64,000 nucleotides of DNA. It comes from a bacterium (GTDB taxonomy: Bacteria; UBA8248). A program made the position numbers and the translations under genes. Shown piece after piece: positions 20,029-38,073 of the stretch. Under the pieces are notes generated by a model. It saw nothing but the letters and a program-made list of their open reading frames with translations, searched no databases and was not told where the DNA came from. The stretch covers positions 64,001 to 128,000 of the forward strand of contig CBDBZY010000018.1 in NCBI GenBank assembly GCA_965213685.1, in the 5' to 3' direction. Position 1 is the first letter of the stretch; each line of letters opens with the position of its first letter.

Positions 20029-20929
20029 TTCACACATACTTCTAACACACGATGTGACATGCTGCATGCTTCTAACACATACTTCTAACACACGGATCCT
20101 TTGAGGCTCTTAGCTTTGGCAGTCTAGCTACACAATAGTCTGTTTCCCACGAACATATACGCATGCGCTAGTATACGCACGAACTACACAAAGGATAAAA
20201 ACGCGCATTCTGCATATGAAGCTATACCAAAATTATCATGCTTAGACGTCTACTTTCTTTACCTCGAGATGCTGCATACTTCTTCACACATACTTCTAAC
20301 ACACGATGTGACATGCTGCATGCTTCTAACACATACTTCTAACACACGGATCCTTTGAGAAGAGCTCTTAGTTTTGGCTGTCTAGCTACACAAAGGACAG
20401 AAATGCGCATTCTACATGATGTGAGATGCTGGATACTCTTAACACATACTGTGATATGAAGTTCGCGAGGAGAGGGTTAACGCTACACTTGGGGTAAACC
20501 CGCAATTTTTATCTCATGAGCAAGTCTGTACATAACGAGATTCGCATAGCCACGCTGAGCCACTCCTTCCCCGAGACGGCGTGGGTCCGCGAGGCTGCGT
20601 CGAGCAGAGACTCAAAGTCATTGAAGGCTGGTATTGGTGGACCTACTGGGATGGGATGACACGGCCCTTTAAAAAAAACATCATTAACAAAATGTAATAG
20701 TCCCTGGATGCTAAGGCATATATGCATGCGTACATGTATGTGCATGATCAGTGATCACACTATAAGAATATAGTCAGCACTATATGGACTGGACTGGACT
20801 GGATTTTGGGTACCCGTTCGGCTTAATCCTAGTCTCATACCCTGATCTTTTAACTGCTTCTGTTGCATGTCATCTCTCGTTATGGTTATCCACCAGTTTG
20901 AGGACTGTGACCTATAGATCTATATATTT

Positions 20930-21276
20930 TAAAACATTTTCAAAAAATGTATAGGGATGTAGGGATGGCCATGCCAAAAACTACAGAAACTAGGTGTAGG
21001 GATGGCAGTGTGCAGGGAAGACATGCTATACAAAGACTACACAACTAACCCCATCCCTACATCTTTTTTTTATATCTGAAATCATTCTGCGAGTTTTGCT
21101 ACAAGATTACTGGGAAGAGCAATTTTTGAGCCAAAGAAAAAAGATGTAGGGATGGGGTTAGTTGTGTAGTCTTTGTATAGCATGTCTTCCCTGCACACTG
21201 CCATCCCTACACCTAGTTTCTGTAGTTTTTGGCATGGCCATCCCTACATCCCTATACATTTTTTGAAAATGTTTTA
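20930..21276. repeat. Near-perfect fold-back palindrome, arms about 138 bp, spacer about 68 bp
   Basis: 20930-21068 is the reverse complement of 21137-21276. Confidence 0.92.
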
Positions 21277-22978
21277 TATACTTGTTTGCGTCCCTTTTTT
21301 AGCACAAGGGTACCATTAAAAGGTAGATTGTTCTTGCCACTGAAGCTTCTTTCAGATTCCAGCAAACAAATCAGTGGTCATAAGAGCCATTGCTAAGGCG
21401 GGGTTTGAACACCATCATTTCTGAAGTTGGGGGGCTGAGCCCCTCTAAAATTTCTTGAGCTAGAGTAGCTACATATGTACCTCACTGTATCTAACTGGCC
21501 AACTCATCCCCGCTACATAATAGTATAGTGAAGTAAGACGCAGCTCGAACGCGCCATCAAATATGAAGCAGCCTTTGCTACGTCTCGCGAACCTATAATT
21601 AATAGGCGTGGCTTCGCGAGGCCCGCCCTCACGTGCTTACCGTTTGCGCCACGTGACAGTAACTATTACAAAATGGTTTCCCAAATATGGGAAGTTGTCG
21701 GGGACTTCTAGTTTCTGCCCATTTGGGAACGTACTAAGAGTTTTATTAGCACAGATCGTACTTGGTAGTGATTACAGTGGATCCGTGAAAGAACTACGGT
21801 GATTACTTCAGCCAGTTTTGAGATACGTTAGTCTAAAGAAATCTCTTAAGAAGAAGAAGAATAGGAAGAAAGACAAAACGACCTTTGGAGAGTTTTCTGG
21901 TAGTAAGTCAAGGGATGCATTTTAGCTACTTGGGGGGTATTGTTGGGTAGCGAACCACTGGAATAGAATAGCTAGGGGCCCAGAAAGGCTTAGAACGCGA
22001 GTGTTCGCGAGTTAAGAAGGCTTTCCTATGTACACGCACTATGGGCGTGTCGGCGCCATCCCTACATAGAGAGTCTACCGACTCTCTGATTATTTTATTC
22101 TGTTAAAACGTCAGAAGTTTTGTTGTTTCCAAATGCACGTTCTTGACTTTTTGGTCTGTAAAAATATTCGTGTATATTTCACTTTGTGGTCTAGGTGAAA
22201 TATGGGGTATGTGAGAGGAGTGTATGTTCTGTGGGGGGTGATATGTGTGCTCTCAGGGACTTTGAGTGTGTGTTCTGTCAGTGAGAGTGGGTAATTACTC
22301 TGGGAGAGACATGCGGTGTACTTGTTTGTTATTGTAAAGCAGATTATAATTATCATTATTACTAGACTGGCTTTCATAGAGGTGTGTGTGGGGGAGGAGA
22401 AGTGAAATGCACACATATATGTAGTATGCACCTATTTATTAGGGGTTAACTTACCATACTGAAATGTATTCAAAGGATCTGCATCAGCAGTGGAAAATTT
22501 TCGATTGCCAACAGCAGAGCACGAGGTGCATGCAGTCGTGGCAATAACTCTCTTTTTCCTTACCTTTTACAGTTTGTGCTAGAGCAGCTGGGATATTCCC
22601 CATTGCAAAGGTGCACAGTACACACTACTCTGAAGAAAGTTAAGTGCACTTAAGTACACCACATTACCCTTCTCATAGAACGCATACAAAACACATACCC
22701 TCAATTTCTCAAAGATCATACTTTGAAACCAAGAGGATTATGTGCACTAGTACAAATCACTAATCATTAATACTATTCAGCATAATTTTAACACTAATCA
22801 TCCCCATAACTTTATTATAGACATAAATTACGTTGATTATGTACGGCACTTTTCCAGGCAGATTATAAAATGTTCTTGAAACCCACCCGGAAAAAAGATG
22901 CTGTAATCGATCACAAGCAGTACATATAAAGTGTATAGCGCATGCAGACGCGGCGCGCCCCCCGGCCAGGAGGCCATG

Positions 22979-23080
22979 TAGCCTCGTCCCCAAGCTCTCC
23001 CCACGCGCCCTATGTTGGTGCGTGAGCCAGGGGGGGTCAAAGGTCGCGCGTAACAATCGCTCGAGCAGGGAACGAGGCTA
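22979..23080. mobile_element. Short TAG...CTA MITE (Academ-like)
   Basis: TAGCCTCGTCCC / GGGAACGAGGCTA termini; absent from the paralogous segment near 54597. Confidence 0.65.
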
Positions 23081-23902
23081 GGACCATGTGCATATGTACA
23101 TATGCGGCTGGATTCGTGATCGTCGCGTCTAGGGAAACAGTTGTCCGAAGACTGAGGGATCGCAGCTGAGCGGATGAAGGAAGATTCTGGACAGTTTCTC
23201 CGTGTGCGAGGGCTACTTTGTGAAACTGGGCCTACTCCCGTGGGATGCGGCGTAGCCTCAGTCAGCTGTCTGTCAACATGAGCACTAGTAAGGGACAGGC
23301 CTGCTGAGATGTGATTGTATGAGGTGTACGTATATAGTGTTGTGTTGTTGCCGAGCATCCAATGCCCTTCTAATGTGACTACTACTTGTTGAAAGGGACA
23401 CAGTATGTGATCATGTGTATATGTACATGAACATGCCACACAGTGTGCTGTGCTCTCTTGTTCATAAGACTTGCCACATGACATGTCCCACATGTAGTGC
23501 CCACTCTGCTCCCCATGAGGCCTGGTGCTGGCATCCTGCATGACGGCCAGCCCAGCTGGGGGCAGGCCACAGCATGCATGTTGGTAGAGCGTCTGCCTAG
23601 TACGGGCTGGTCTGGCCGGACCGACATGTCTTCTGCCTCTTCTCCTGTCAGGTGCATGCAGAGCCCTTGCCTGTGGGGTGTGTGGAGTGTGCTAACAGCA
23701 TAATATTATGGATCTATGCTATGTATTATGTTATAGTTCAGCCAGCAGGACTTGCATGCATACAGTAGGCGTCAATGAAAAGTTAACAAAAGCTCGGTTC
23801 GGTTTGATTGCAGTGCAATGCTGGTACCGTCAGGGTTCAGTATATATGCTGCATATGGATACTTGCCTTGCCTTGTATTGCCTAATACAACCCACAACCA
23901 CT

Positions 23903-23983
23903 GAGCTGCCTCAGTATCTTAGTGGATATAGCACTGGTCTAGAGAAACAGTGATGTGGGTTTGAATCCCACCTGGGGCAGCTC
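23903..23983 (+). repeat. Degenerate tRNA-like core, repeat family 2
   Basis: GAGCTGCCTCAG...GTGGGTTTGAATCCCAC...CTGGGGCAGCTC; the downstream flank resembles that of the 17.4 kb copies. Confidence 0.65.
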
Positions 23984-24561
23984 ACTTTCTGTTTGAAAAG
24001 AAGAGAAAGTGACTGTCTCAGTTGGTGTGCATGTAGTTGTGTTGCCTTGCTTTGTTTGATGAGTCTCTGATGTGTGATCATGTACATGTACAGCTGCACT
24101 TGTATCATGATGTGCATGTACGAAGGATCAGAGATACCACCACAGGGTACAATACCCACACACCCTAGGCTGCCAGGGCACAGCCATAGTGTTTTATACT
24201 AGACTTTATGCTGGGGGGGAACACCGCAGAGTTGTGAAGGCAAAATATTATACAGTATTGCATAACACTTCCTGTGCTCCCCCCCTTGCCCTCACTTCCT
24301 TCTCTTGTGTCCCTACTCTCCTCCTCTCCCACATCCTGCACCTCATCCCACTCCACTAATTCCAGCGTCATTTGCTCTGCTAACGGGAATAGATCAGGTG
24401 CACGTAACACCAACTCCATGTACATGTACATGTACATGTACATGGAGTTAGAGTTACTAAGTTAGAGTTAGCCTGTTCATCAGGCTGGATGTACATTGTA
24501 TATGCTTGCCTGGCCTTACCTTACCTATACTACCGTAGATTTGAACCCAGCCGACTGGGCT

Positions 24562-24634
24562 GCCTCGGTAGCTCAGTTGGCAGAGCACTGGACTAGCAAC
24601 CCGGTGGTCACGGGTTCGAATCCCGTCCGAGGCA
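24562..24634 (+). tRNA. tRNA-like 73-nt cloverleaf, anticodon AGC; probably a repeat-borne copy rather than a canonical tRNA-Ala
   Basis: Acceptor GCCTCGG/CCGAGGC, D arm GCTC/GAGC, anticodon arm CTGGA-CTAGCAA-CCCGG, T arm ACGGG-TTCGAAT-CCCGT. Confidence 0.6.
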
Positions 24635-24801
24635 GCTTAGTGTTTCTTTCACTGTCTGCCTTCGGACTTTGCTTTACTTCCCTTGTTTAATATGCATATA
24701 CATGTACGAGATTGATCATGTACAGGGAGCATATGTAATGCACACTGTTGACATAACATGTACATGTACATGTCAGATATTGTTACATATCTTGTACTTA
24801 G

Positions 24802-24915
<114 letters not shown>

Positions 24916-25309
24916 GTGCGTCAGTAGGTACAAAGAGTAAACAAGCACAGGATATCATGTCATGTCATGCAATCATGTAAGTTCATTTCTACTAGTTTGT
25001 GCATCTTTTACTGTACATGTATGGGTGTCCATTTTTAGGAGGCATAACTGCCGTGAGTGTGTATATATCTTCATGTACATTGAATAGCCTGTGTCTAACT
25101 GTACTTTGTTATGTGTGCAGGCATGTGAATGTCAGTCTATCTTTCATAAATACGGTCCAGAAAGGGGGGGTGGATGGGGAATTGCCGAAACAGAAAATAT
25201 GAGGGGGAAAACAAGTTGTGCTTTTGTGTGTAGCAAAAGGGGCAAGTATTGTCAAGGAGGTATATTCCCTCTATCTAGGAATGTATGACATCGTGCACAT
25301 TATGTGTAC

Positions 25310-25685
25310 TATCCTCATTCCCAGGCCTTTCCCGTTTTTATGTGCGCTTGGTACACACGAAACATGAGCATGAGGAAAAATGGGAAAGGCCTGGGACCAT
25401 TAGTCATGTGAGGTAGACGTGAGGTACTGTAGACGCCTAGGGAAAGCGTGTCTGTGATCAGTGCTAATACAAACGTGTTGGTTGGCAGTCCCACGCACTC
25501 TTGCACTGCATTTAATTTACAGGTCCTGGTAAAGCCTAAGAAATGGTAAGAACCCTTCCCCCTAGGCGTCTACCTCACGTGACTAATGGTCCCAGGCCTT
25601 TCCCATTTTTTGAATTTTTCCTTACGCTCGTATTTCGTGTGCACCATACGCATGTAAAAACTTGAAAGGCCTAGGAACAAGGCTA
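25310..25685. mobile_element. Palindromic MITE of the TAGCCTCGTTCCCAGGC type with internal hairpins
   Basis: Termini TATCCTCATTCCCAGGCC / GGCCTAGGAACAAGGCTA; ATGTGTAC duplicated on both sides. Confidence 0.75.
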
Positions 25686-26424
25686 ATGTGTACGAAATTG
25701 ATGAATGTGCACATGCGCATTTGCAATGCTTATGGAGTGTACAGTACATGCATCCTGTGCATTGGGTGACTGTTCAGTATCTAGGCCAGGAGGAGGGGGA
25801 GGAAGAGGAGGGGGTGGAGGGGGAGGAGGAGGAGGAGGATGAATGTGCATGTCGATTGCACAACATGTACAATGTACATGATCACATCCCTGTGAATACA
25901 TCAAAGACAAGGCAAGACAACCCAACTGCACCTGATGCAACACCCTTTCCCCCTTTTTGTACATTACATGTGCATGTGTGTAAGCAGTATCCCAGTGAGT
26001 GCGCCGTTGCTTTTCTCTTACCTTTCTCTCTTCCTTCCTTCTATCCTCCTTTCCCTTTTTTTGTCCCCCCCCCTTTCCCACAGTATCACTGCTTGAAGTG
26101 TGGTCCAGGCCTCTACTGCATGCACCATGCCAATTATTACATGTTTTCATAAACACCTCATTGAACTTTGTGTGGAGCACTTTCTCTCTCTCTCCCCCCT
26201 CCTTTGCATCTCAAGATTGACATCATTATTGTCATTATATAATTTTAGCATCCATTCCATTATAATTTGTCCTTACAGTACTTCATTGTCCATTGCTTCT
26301 TGCAGTTGCTATTGAAAAGGACACTATTTTGTACTTTGTAAAAAGGAAAAGCTATCATGAGCTGCTGTGCTGTGGTTACAATTATTATTAGCTATCGCGC
26401 ATGGGCGTGGTTATACATGGTGAG

Positions 26425-26648
<224 letters not shown>

Positions 26649-28526
26649 GGCATAATTACTTACGACCGTGTCTCGGGCTCAATAAGGCAAAAGCTGCTTT
26701 TCGTGTCCGAACATGACTATGGTACGTTTACAGTGATGATGTGCGAAGCATTCAAAACGAATCCAGCCAAACTATAGCTCGCTGGATAGCCAAGGGATGT
26801 CATTGCATATGAAATATACATTCGATTGAATTCCTTGTATTATGTGTTCTTTTGAGGAGTCGTCCGTACTTTAGTCCGTTAATGCATTCTTTTCATTTAT
26901 CGTTACACAATTCAGGCCTAGGAGCTTTGACAAAAGCGATTATTTTTGTACAGAGGCTTGTGACAAAGGACTACAATTTGTGGCTAAAAGTAACTACTTT
27001 AGTAATACACATGCTTTGCAAACACGTCCGACAATAGATGGCGTCCGATCTTCGGTGGTTTACTCTAGCTGTGATGTACGGTACACGTGGCGGCTTCTCA
27101 CGAACGATTGGATTCCCAGCGACGTCAGAATTTCGCTACCTACAGACTGATTTGCCATCTTGAGCCCAGACTATGAGTGTGTATAGCCCACTAGCTACAT
27201 GCGCGCGCATTAACGCACGTGAGCACCTAAACCCCTGAGCTACGGACACCTCGCTAAAACGGACAAAAATCCTAGTCCCAATGGTGTCCGCTTTGGAGGG
27301 GTTCCACTGTAGTACTAATGCCCATAGATTTTTACCCGATATTGGGTGATTAATACGCACCATTGGGGAGAAGTATGTTATAGTACCATTCATGTACTTC
27401 AGGAGATACCCTTGTGAATCTGACATCACTGATGTACTTGGATAAAGCCCACTGTAACCATATGTACCAGACATATAGGCACAATAACTCCTGTGTGACT
27501 TTCTAGGTTTAGTCCTCTAAAATTCCACCATATTGACTACATAGGACAGCCACCCCATTTGGTTCATATCCAGAGTACACATCCTGTTTGAAGTGTGAAA
27601 ATGGGACAGTTTTCATAAAATCAAAACAAACGTGTTTCACTAACTTCAGTCAAAAATTATCACAGAATGTTGTACCATAGTCTCGGGTATTTTGGACCCA
27701 TTAATACTGGAAATAAAGTGGAGAGTATACTTGTTCCATTTTACAATGTTGTTCAAGTTTCCAAATCTTATTGCTTCATTTGATATACTTATGTATACCT
27801 TCCTATTCTGGAAGCAAGGCACTGCAGACTCAGTAAATTTCGTGAGGCAGCAGTTTGTTAGACACTGAAGTGTTTGGCAATGAAGTAACCTCTGCTCTCC
27901 TAATTGTCATCTGCCCGAAGCGAACAATTCTACAATAACATATGGACGTGCTGTTACCCAGTTGTGTGGCAAGGAAACAAGGGTGGTACAGGATATCCCC
28001 TTGACTTTTTACTATACTGCCCTCTTGAGGTATTGTGCCTTCAGATGCATCTTGTACTGCCTAGCTGCCCGTGCATCAACCTGTACTTGTATTGTAGCCT
28101 GTGGAGCCATAAGATGAAAGATATCGCACGTAATTTACCCACGTGTATGGGCGCTTTGTGCGACGCTAGGGCGCTAGGCACAATTATGGGGGGGGGGGGG
28201 GGGGGGGGGACAGCTGTAAACGTCTAGAGTCAAAGCAATGGTGCATGACTACCACGCTTACCAAGCCATTACCATTGTAAGAAAACGTCTTGGAAAGCGC
28301 ACCTTCTGTAAATGGGGTCTGCTACTTTCACGCAATCCGATGTCCCCTATCACGTGCATAGCCAATGACGTAATCCCGAGGACCGTAACAAGCTGACCGC
28401 AATACGCGATGTCGTAGGCGGGAGCGTGTCCTTAGCCTTGCGAGTAGGCGTGGCTCCCAAGAACCAGAGCGTAACGAGTTTTATTCAGCTACTTGCAGTG
28501 TCATAGGGGCGTTGGTACGTTCGAGG

Positions 28527-29252
28527 ATGACTCTGTATTGCCAGTGCAACGGAGGTGGAAAGTGCAGAAACTGTATAAACACGCAGCTATCATCAGCTTC
28601 GCAGTCACCGGCCACCACAGCCAGCATAGCTGATGTCTCACTCCCTTCCTCCGTTCAGACACGTTGGTATCAGCCACAAACACTGATGCAGTTGTCGGGA
28701 TCATCGACTCCAGGAATAAAGGATTCTCCACTAGCCCAACCCCAATTTCTGCCCACCATGTTATGCAACCACAATCATCTCTACTCTCTGACCTTCCGCC
28801 TCCATAGGCCTACCCATTGCCCAACCCTTCCTTAGTTTGGGGGGGCCATGACTTGGGTACATTGATGAAGATGATAGATGAGGCCTTGGCCGCCTACTCA
28901 GAGACTGACACTGGTTCCAGGGCCAGACAAACGCTGCCCTCCAGCTCTTTGCTCAGCATGGAAAAGGAACGAACATGTTCGGAAAGTAGAGCAAGGCTCA
29001 TTCACACCTCTTGTGGTGTCCCAGTCTGGAGAAGTGGGCAATGCTGCAAGAGTCAGCTACAAGAAGCTTGCATCAATGTTAGCTGAGAAATAGGACCAGT
29101 CCTACGGCAGCACCTTGGGATGGATGAAAGGCAAGCTATTTCTTGCTCTCCTGAGATCTTCCATACTGTGCATCCGAGGCACTCGGTCTACTGTGGATGA
29201 TGCAGAAACGCAAGCCAATCTACTTGTAGTAGCCAAGTCTGACATCACTTAA
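28527..29252 (+). mobile_element. Internally deleted CRE-type non-LTR retrotransposon remnant
   Basis: N-terminal CQCNGGGKCRNC followed by the C-terminal restriction-like endonuclease tail VEQGSFTPLV...YKKLASMLAEK*..YGSTLGWMKGKLFLALLRSSILCIRGTRS; no RT domain. Confidence 0.7.
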
Positions 29253-30935
29253 TTCGTCCTCCATGTTGCTTTGCCATCATATTTTACTTTCTGTATTCCT
29301 TCTAATATAGGTATCACAGTGCTTATTTTGTTTTCCTTCTTGTTTATACTTTGGTATTGAACCGAGCATACAATAGAGCAGGTGAAGGAAATGTGGAAGG
29401 AAGTGTGAAGAGCAGGTGAGGAAGATGTGGAAGAAAGGTCTATGTCAGCTAAACTAGTGAGCCGCCTAGTCCTTCATTAGTGCTACTAGGGAGCTGACAT
29501 CCAACACAAATGACTGGTTGGTGACGGTCCTCAAACGGTCAAATATCAACGGCAGAGTGAAATAGCAAAGACTCTTCCCGTAGCTCGTAGGTAGGGCCAC
29601 AAACACATCTCTGCCAAGTAGAAACTGGGTAATGGCATCTTCTTGCGCTGCCTTAGGTACTAGTACCTAGAACACTAGCTGATTGGTTTGCAGCTATTCC
29701 TGCAAAGGGAACAACTCGCGTATAGGCCAGACACCAGGCCCTCTCCGCGTGCGAGAAGGCGTGGCTCCGAGGCCTGCGCCAGCCGGAGCTCGGAGCGCGG
29801 CGCTGAGCGTGAGCGCTGTGCGCTACTCCACCACGCCTACTAGCTTATCACATGAGGGGACATGGGATGATGTGAAAGTAACAGCCCCCTTCTGTAAATA
29901 CTTCACAGCTTAAAACATGAAAAGAACATGTCGCACTCGCTGGACGTCTACTAGGTTCGCGATGTTTGCGTGATTATACGGTGGGTGGAGTCTGAACATA
30001 TTCATTTCGTGAACAGCTCCAAAATAAAGACCTGCGAAATATAAGCGCCATATACGGTACTACACATAACTGTTGCTACTAGCAGCTCGTGAGAGAATGC
30101 ATGCATGCACATGCATATTATACACTCTAATATCAAGTATTGTTATGAGTAAATCCACTTCATGTTAAGTAGTAGTTCTGTACCTGCAGCAAAATGGTAC
30201 ATATATAGGTATTTCAACAATGCTTTGGTTATCTTAATTGCAGCAGAATAACTTTATGACAATCCTATGCTGACGTTTGTTGCTTCTTCCACACTACGTT
30301 TCCCTTCTCCCGCACTGAGCTTTTACTTTGCTCCCTTGAGACTGAATGCAAGTATCCAATAGAGACTGAGTCATTGACAATACATAAGGTTACCACTATA
30401 ACATCACAGAGTGTATAGCAACTCATTGTGATAAGTGAGAGTTTGCACATGATGTTGTCTACACTAGGTCACTAATTTAGCTCCGCACGTTGCTGGCTAA
30501 ACTGAGGTTTTGGAGTAGTCTCATAAACTACTCCTCTCATCCATTAGAGAGTCTGGTTTATGAGACTATCTGTGGAGAGTGAGATAATGAAACACAGTGT
30601 CCCTGATTCTAGTGGTCATGCAGGGTTATGCAAAATGCATTCGCCTTTGATTTTTTTTAATACAACTAATAAGTTGATGCTTTCTTTCACTGTCTCACAT
30701 TTTGGAGTATGCTACAGTTCAGAGTTTGGCTGTCAGGCCCTTCTATTATGCCATTACACAATGCAGTAGTGAAGAGCTGTTCTCACAAGCCAGCCGTAAA
30801 GTTGTCCCACAAATGGAGGGACATGGGTAAAACGCTTCTGGCCTCGAGTTGAAAGGTGTGCTATGACCTATGTACACACTTGGGCTGGTGCGGTTTCACA
30901 CTTTTTCTTGGAAGTGTGTTTAGCACACTGGTGAA

Positions 30936-32565
30936 GTGGCCTGCCCTGTTCCAAGCAGGGCTGTCACGGGCGCAGCGAGTGTAGCAACGGTCCCTAGGCA
31001 CCTAATGGTGGAGTATGGCGTACCGACCTGTGAGTAGGCATGCGTCTATTATGCCTCAAAACTTTCCTCTTATGCTTTTTGGAAATTCCACAAAATTTGC
31101 TCTATTATGCTCTAAAATATTTCCATTGTGCTCCAGAATTTTCCCATTATGCTATGTGAAAACTTTGGGTGAATCTCGGCGTTACGCGTCTCAGGCAACG
31201 CGCGCTACTTGAGAGTCGCGGTAGATATTTGCTAAATGTCCAGGATGTATACTAGGTTTCTTTTATAAGGTGAATTTTGACACAAACGGCTCCCTTACTA
31301 GGTGTGGGTTTACTTCCACGATCTCTAACCCGCTACTTCAGTCTTGGTACCGCCTCCAGGTTACTCGTGACTTGTCGCTATTGCGCATTAATTAGAAAGT
31401 AGCGGTAATCGGCGCGCGCCGCACATATGAATTAAATAATGTGCCTATTATGCCAGCATTATGCTCTATGCTTTTGCGGTCTTAATATGCCGGAAATTAT
31501 GCCGGCATAATCGACGCATTACTACCTGTGAGGCATCCACCGTTGTAGCGCGTTCCCAAGCTGTTAAGGGGTGGGGCACGGCGTGACCGTATGTCACATA
31601 TCAGCGTGTCTCAAGTTGGTTAGCCTGGCTCACTGGCTCCAGGGACTAGCTAGCTTCGCTGGTTCTACGGCCCTTGAAGCGTGAGCGTACGTGATTTGGG
31701 GTGAATTTTGGCTAGACGAAGTGTGGTAGGAAGTGCCGCGGGCCGACTGATAGGCTGAGAACCCTTTTATCCTGTCCGGGCTGAGCCCGGGCATAGTAAC
31801 AGCGCCTCGCCTACAAACACTAATACAGAAAAGGCAATAGTCGCGGTTTATATAGTAGATTTTAAGCGTCGGGTAGACGCAGAGGTCAGTACTGTGCCAC
31901 ACTGAACTAGCCATAAACTGAGAATCAACTCATTTTCATTTTGACACAGTCAGGATATACACACATGCATGCATATACATGAAGAATAGGAATTGGGGAG
32001 TAGTGGTAAACTGTAAACATGTTTAATTTTTCCGAGTAGGCCATCATTGTTCTTTACCTCTTACCAGTGTATTGTAAATAACTCAAAATGATGTAATAAT
32101 TACAACTTGTGTATAAACCTCTGTTCAAAACCGACAAAAAAAGACAGGAGACCAAAATTAAAAATTGTCTATTGTGGAGGGGCATATAGGGATTGCATAA
32201 AAAGAAATGGAGACAAGACCTGGATGTAGGGTGTATGCTATATAATTCATATGGACAACGATGACATGACGAGTATACTATGTCCTATTGTGCAATACAA
32301 GTCCTATATTGTTGAGCAGAGCTGTATGGGGGCATCATGTAGTTTTGTATACAGCAGACACCCATGAGTACCAATGTTCATTTCAAGTGCAAGCTATTGC
32401 ACTCACACCCTGAAACAACTCGCTGAAGTTTGCAATATTCATGACCATATAATGTAACTGTTGATTAAGTGAATACATCTATAGATCTAGAGTGCTAGTA
32501 GAGCAATAACTACCTATTTTTTTAGGATCAGTTATTATAGGTTTCCTTTGTAGGTGGCAGCTAAT
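30936..32565. repeat. Segmental duplicate of 56244-57910
   Basis: Collinear similarity; each copy carries a different transposon insertion. Confidence 0.9.
31035..31524. mobile_element. hAT-type MITE, TAG termini, 8-bp TSD CCTGTGAG
   Basis: TIR TAGGCATGCGTCTATTATGCC / GGCATAATCGACGCATTACTA; empty site in the duplicate near 56345. Confidence 0.88.
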
Positions 32566-32981
32566 ATCATCTGCATCTAGTATCCTATATGTGAACAACC
32601 GTCATTTGTTTTAATCCCCCATTCTCCTCTCCATCCTAGTGATCCTACCCTCCTGGTGATCATCTTCCACTATCTTATCCCACCAGCCCCACCCCAATCC
32701 TCTTCTTCTTTTCTTCACCACTTCAGCACACTTTGTTCCATGTTCTTTTTGGGGGGAGGGGGGGGGGGTTGTTTGTTTTATAGGACTTTTTTTAATGAAG
32801 GCATGGACACATGTACATAGCACATAGGCTAATACAAGGTGCATAAAAAAAAAGAAAAACAAGACAAAACAAAGTACTCTCCCTTACATTCTCCTCCTCC
32901 TCCTCCTCCTCCTCCTCCTCCTCCTCCTCCTCCTCCTCCTCCTCCTCTTCCTCCTCCTCCTCCTCCTCCCACTCCCCTCAC

Positions 32982-37471
<4,490 letters not shown>

Positions 37472-38073
37472 CTGTTCATGTAAAAGGAAGTAGCAATACT
37501 AACGGTAAGGGCAGGCAAAATCCAGTATAATTGCTAAGTGTAGTAAGCAGATGCGGCACTGCCTGCACTTTATATTCACACTATAATTTTTGGAGGGTTA
37601 TTCCGATGTCATAGTATTGCGTTTACAGCGCAGTAGTGTGATTGTCCGCCGTCACTCGCGGCGTGGCGCTTCGAACGGCATTATCGTTAAAAAAGCGTTC
37701 GTACTCGCACTCTCCGCGGTCTTTTGCAGGTTGGGCGTGGCCTGCTTTGGCCTCTGCCTTCGCAGCTGCGCCTTTGGAAATAGCAGAACGCTAATTGGAC
37801 AAGCGGGAGCGAGTCCACCTAGTCGTTCTGCTGGAGCCCCTCTGGCGATACGGCATTTTGGTCCCCGCGGCCCCCCGCGCTACGGGCAAACGTAAAGTAG
37901 TGCAGCTGGCTCGCTCCCGCTCGCCCACAATGCTGGACATTCTACTAGTATATGATGAAATTGAGAGCTTTACGTCTCTTGGCGTGTTGAAGGAAGTAGC
38001 GCAGGCGTCAACGCAGCATATGGCGCATGCGGACCGAGGTTGCACGTGACACACTTGATCCTCATTTCGCTCG

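Noticed and set aside
19383-20420. A1-B1-A2-B2 repeat layout resembling split direct repeats of Ngaro/PAT retroelements
   Set aside because: More simply a two-unit tandem duplication whose first unit is interrupted by the TTCA-flanked insertion at 19456-20028.
22837-23541. 234-aa minus-strand ORF
   Set aside because: Runs through a MITE and a duplicated non-coding block; no recognisable domain.
27330-28130. Coding-like minus-strand stretch, possibly a decayed transposase
   Set aside because: Multiple stops in the frames I read and no motif I can assign with confidence.
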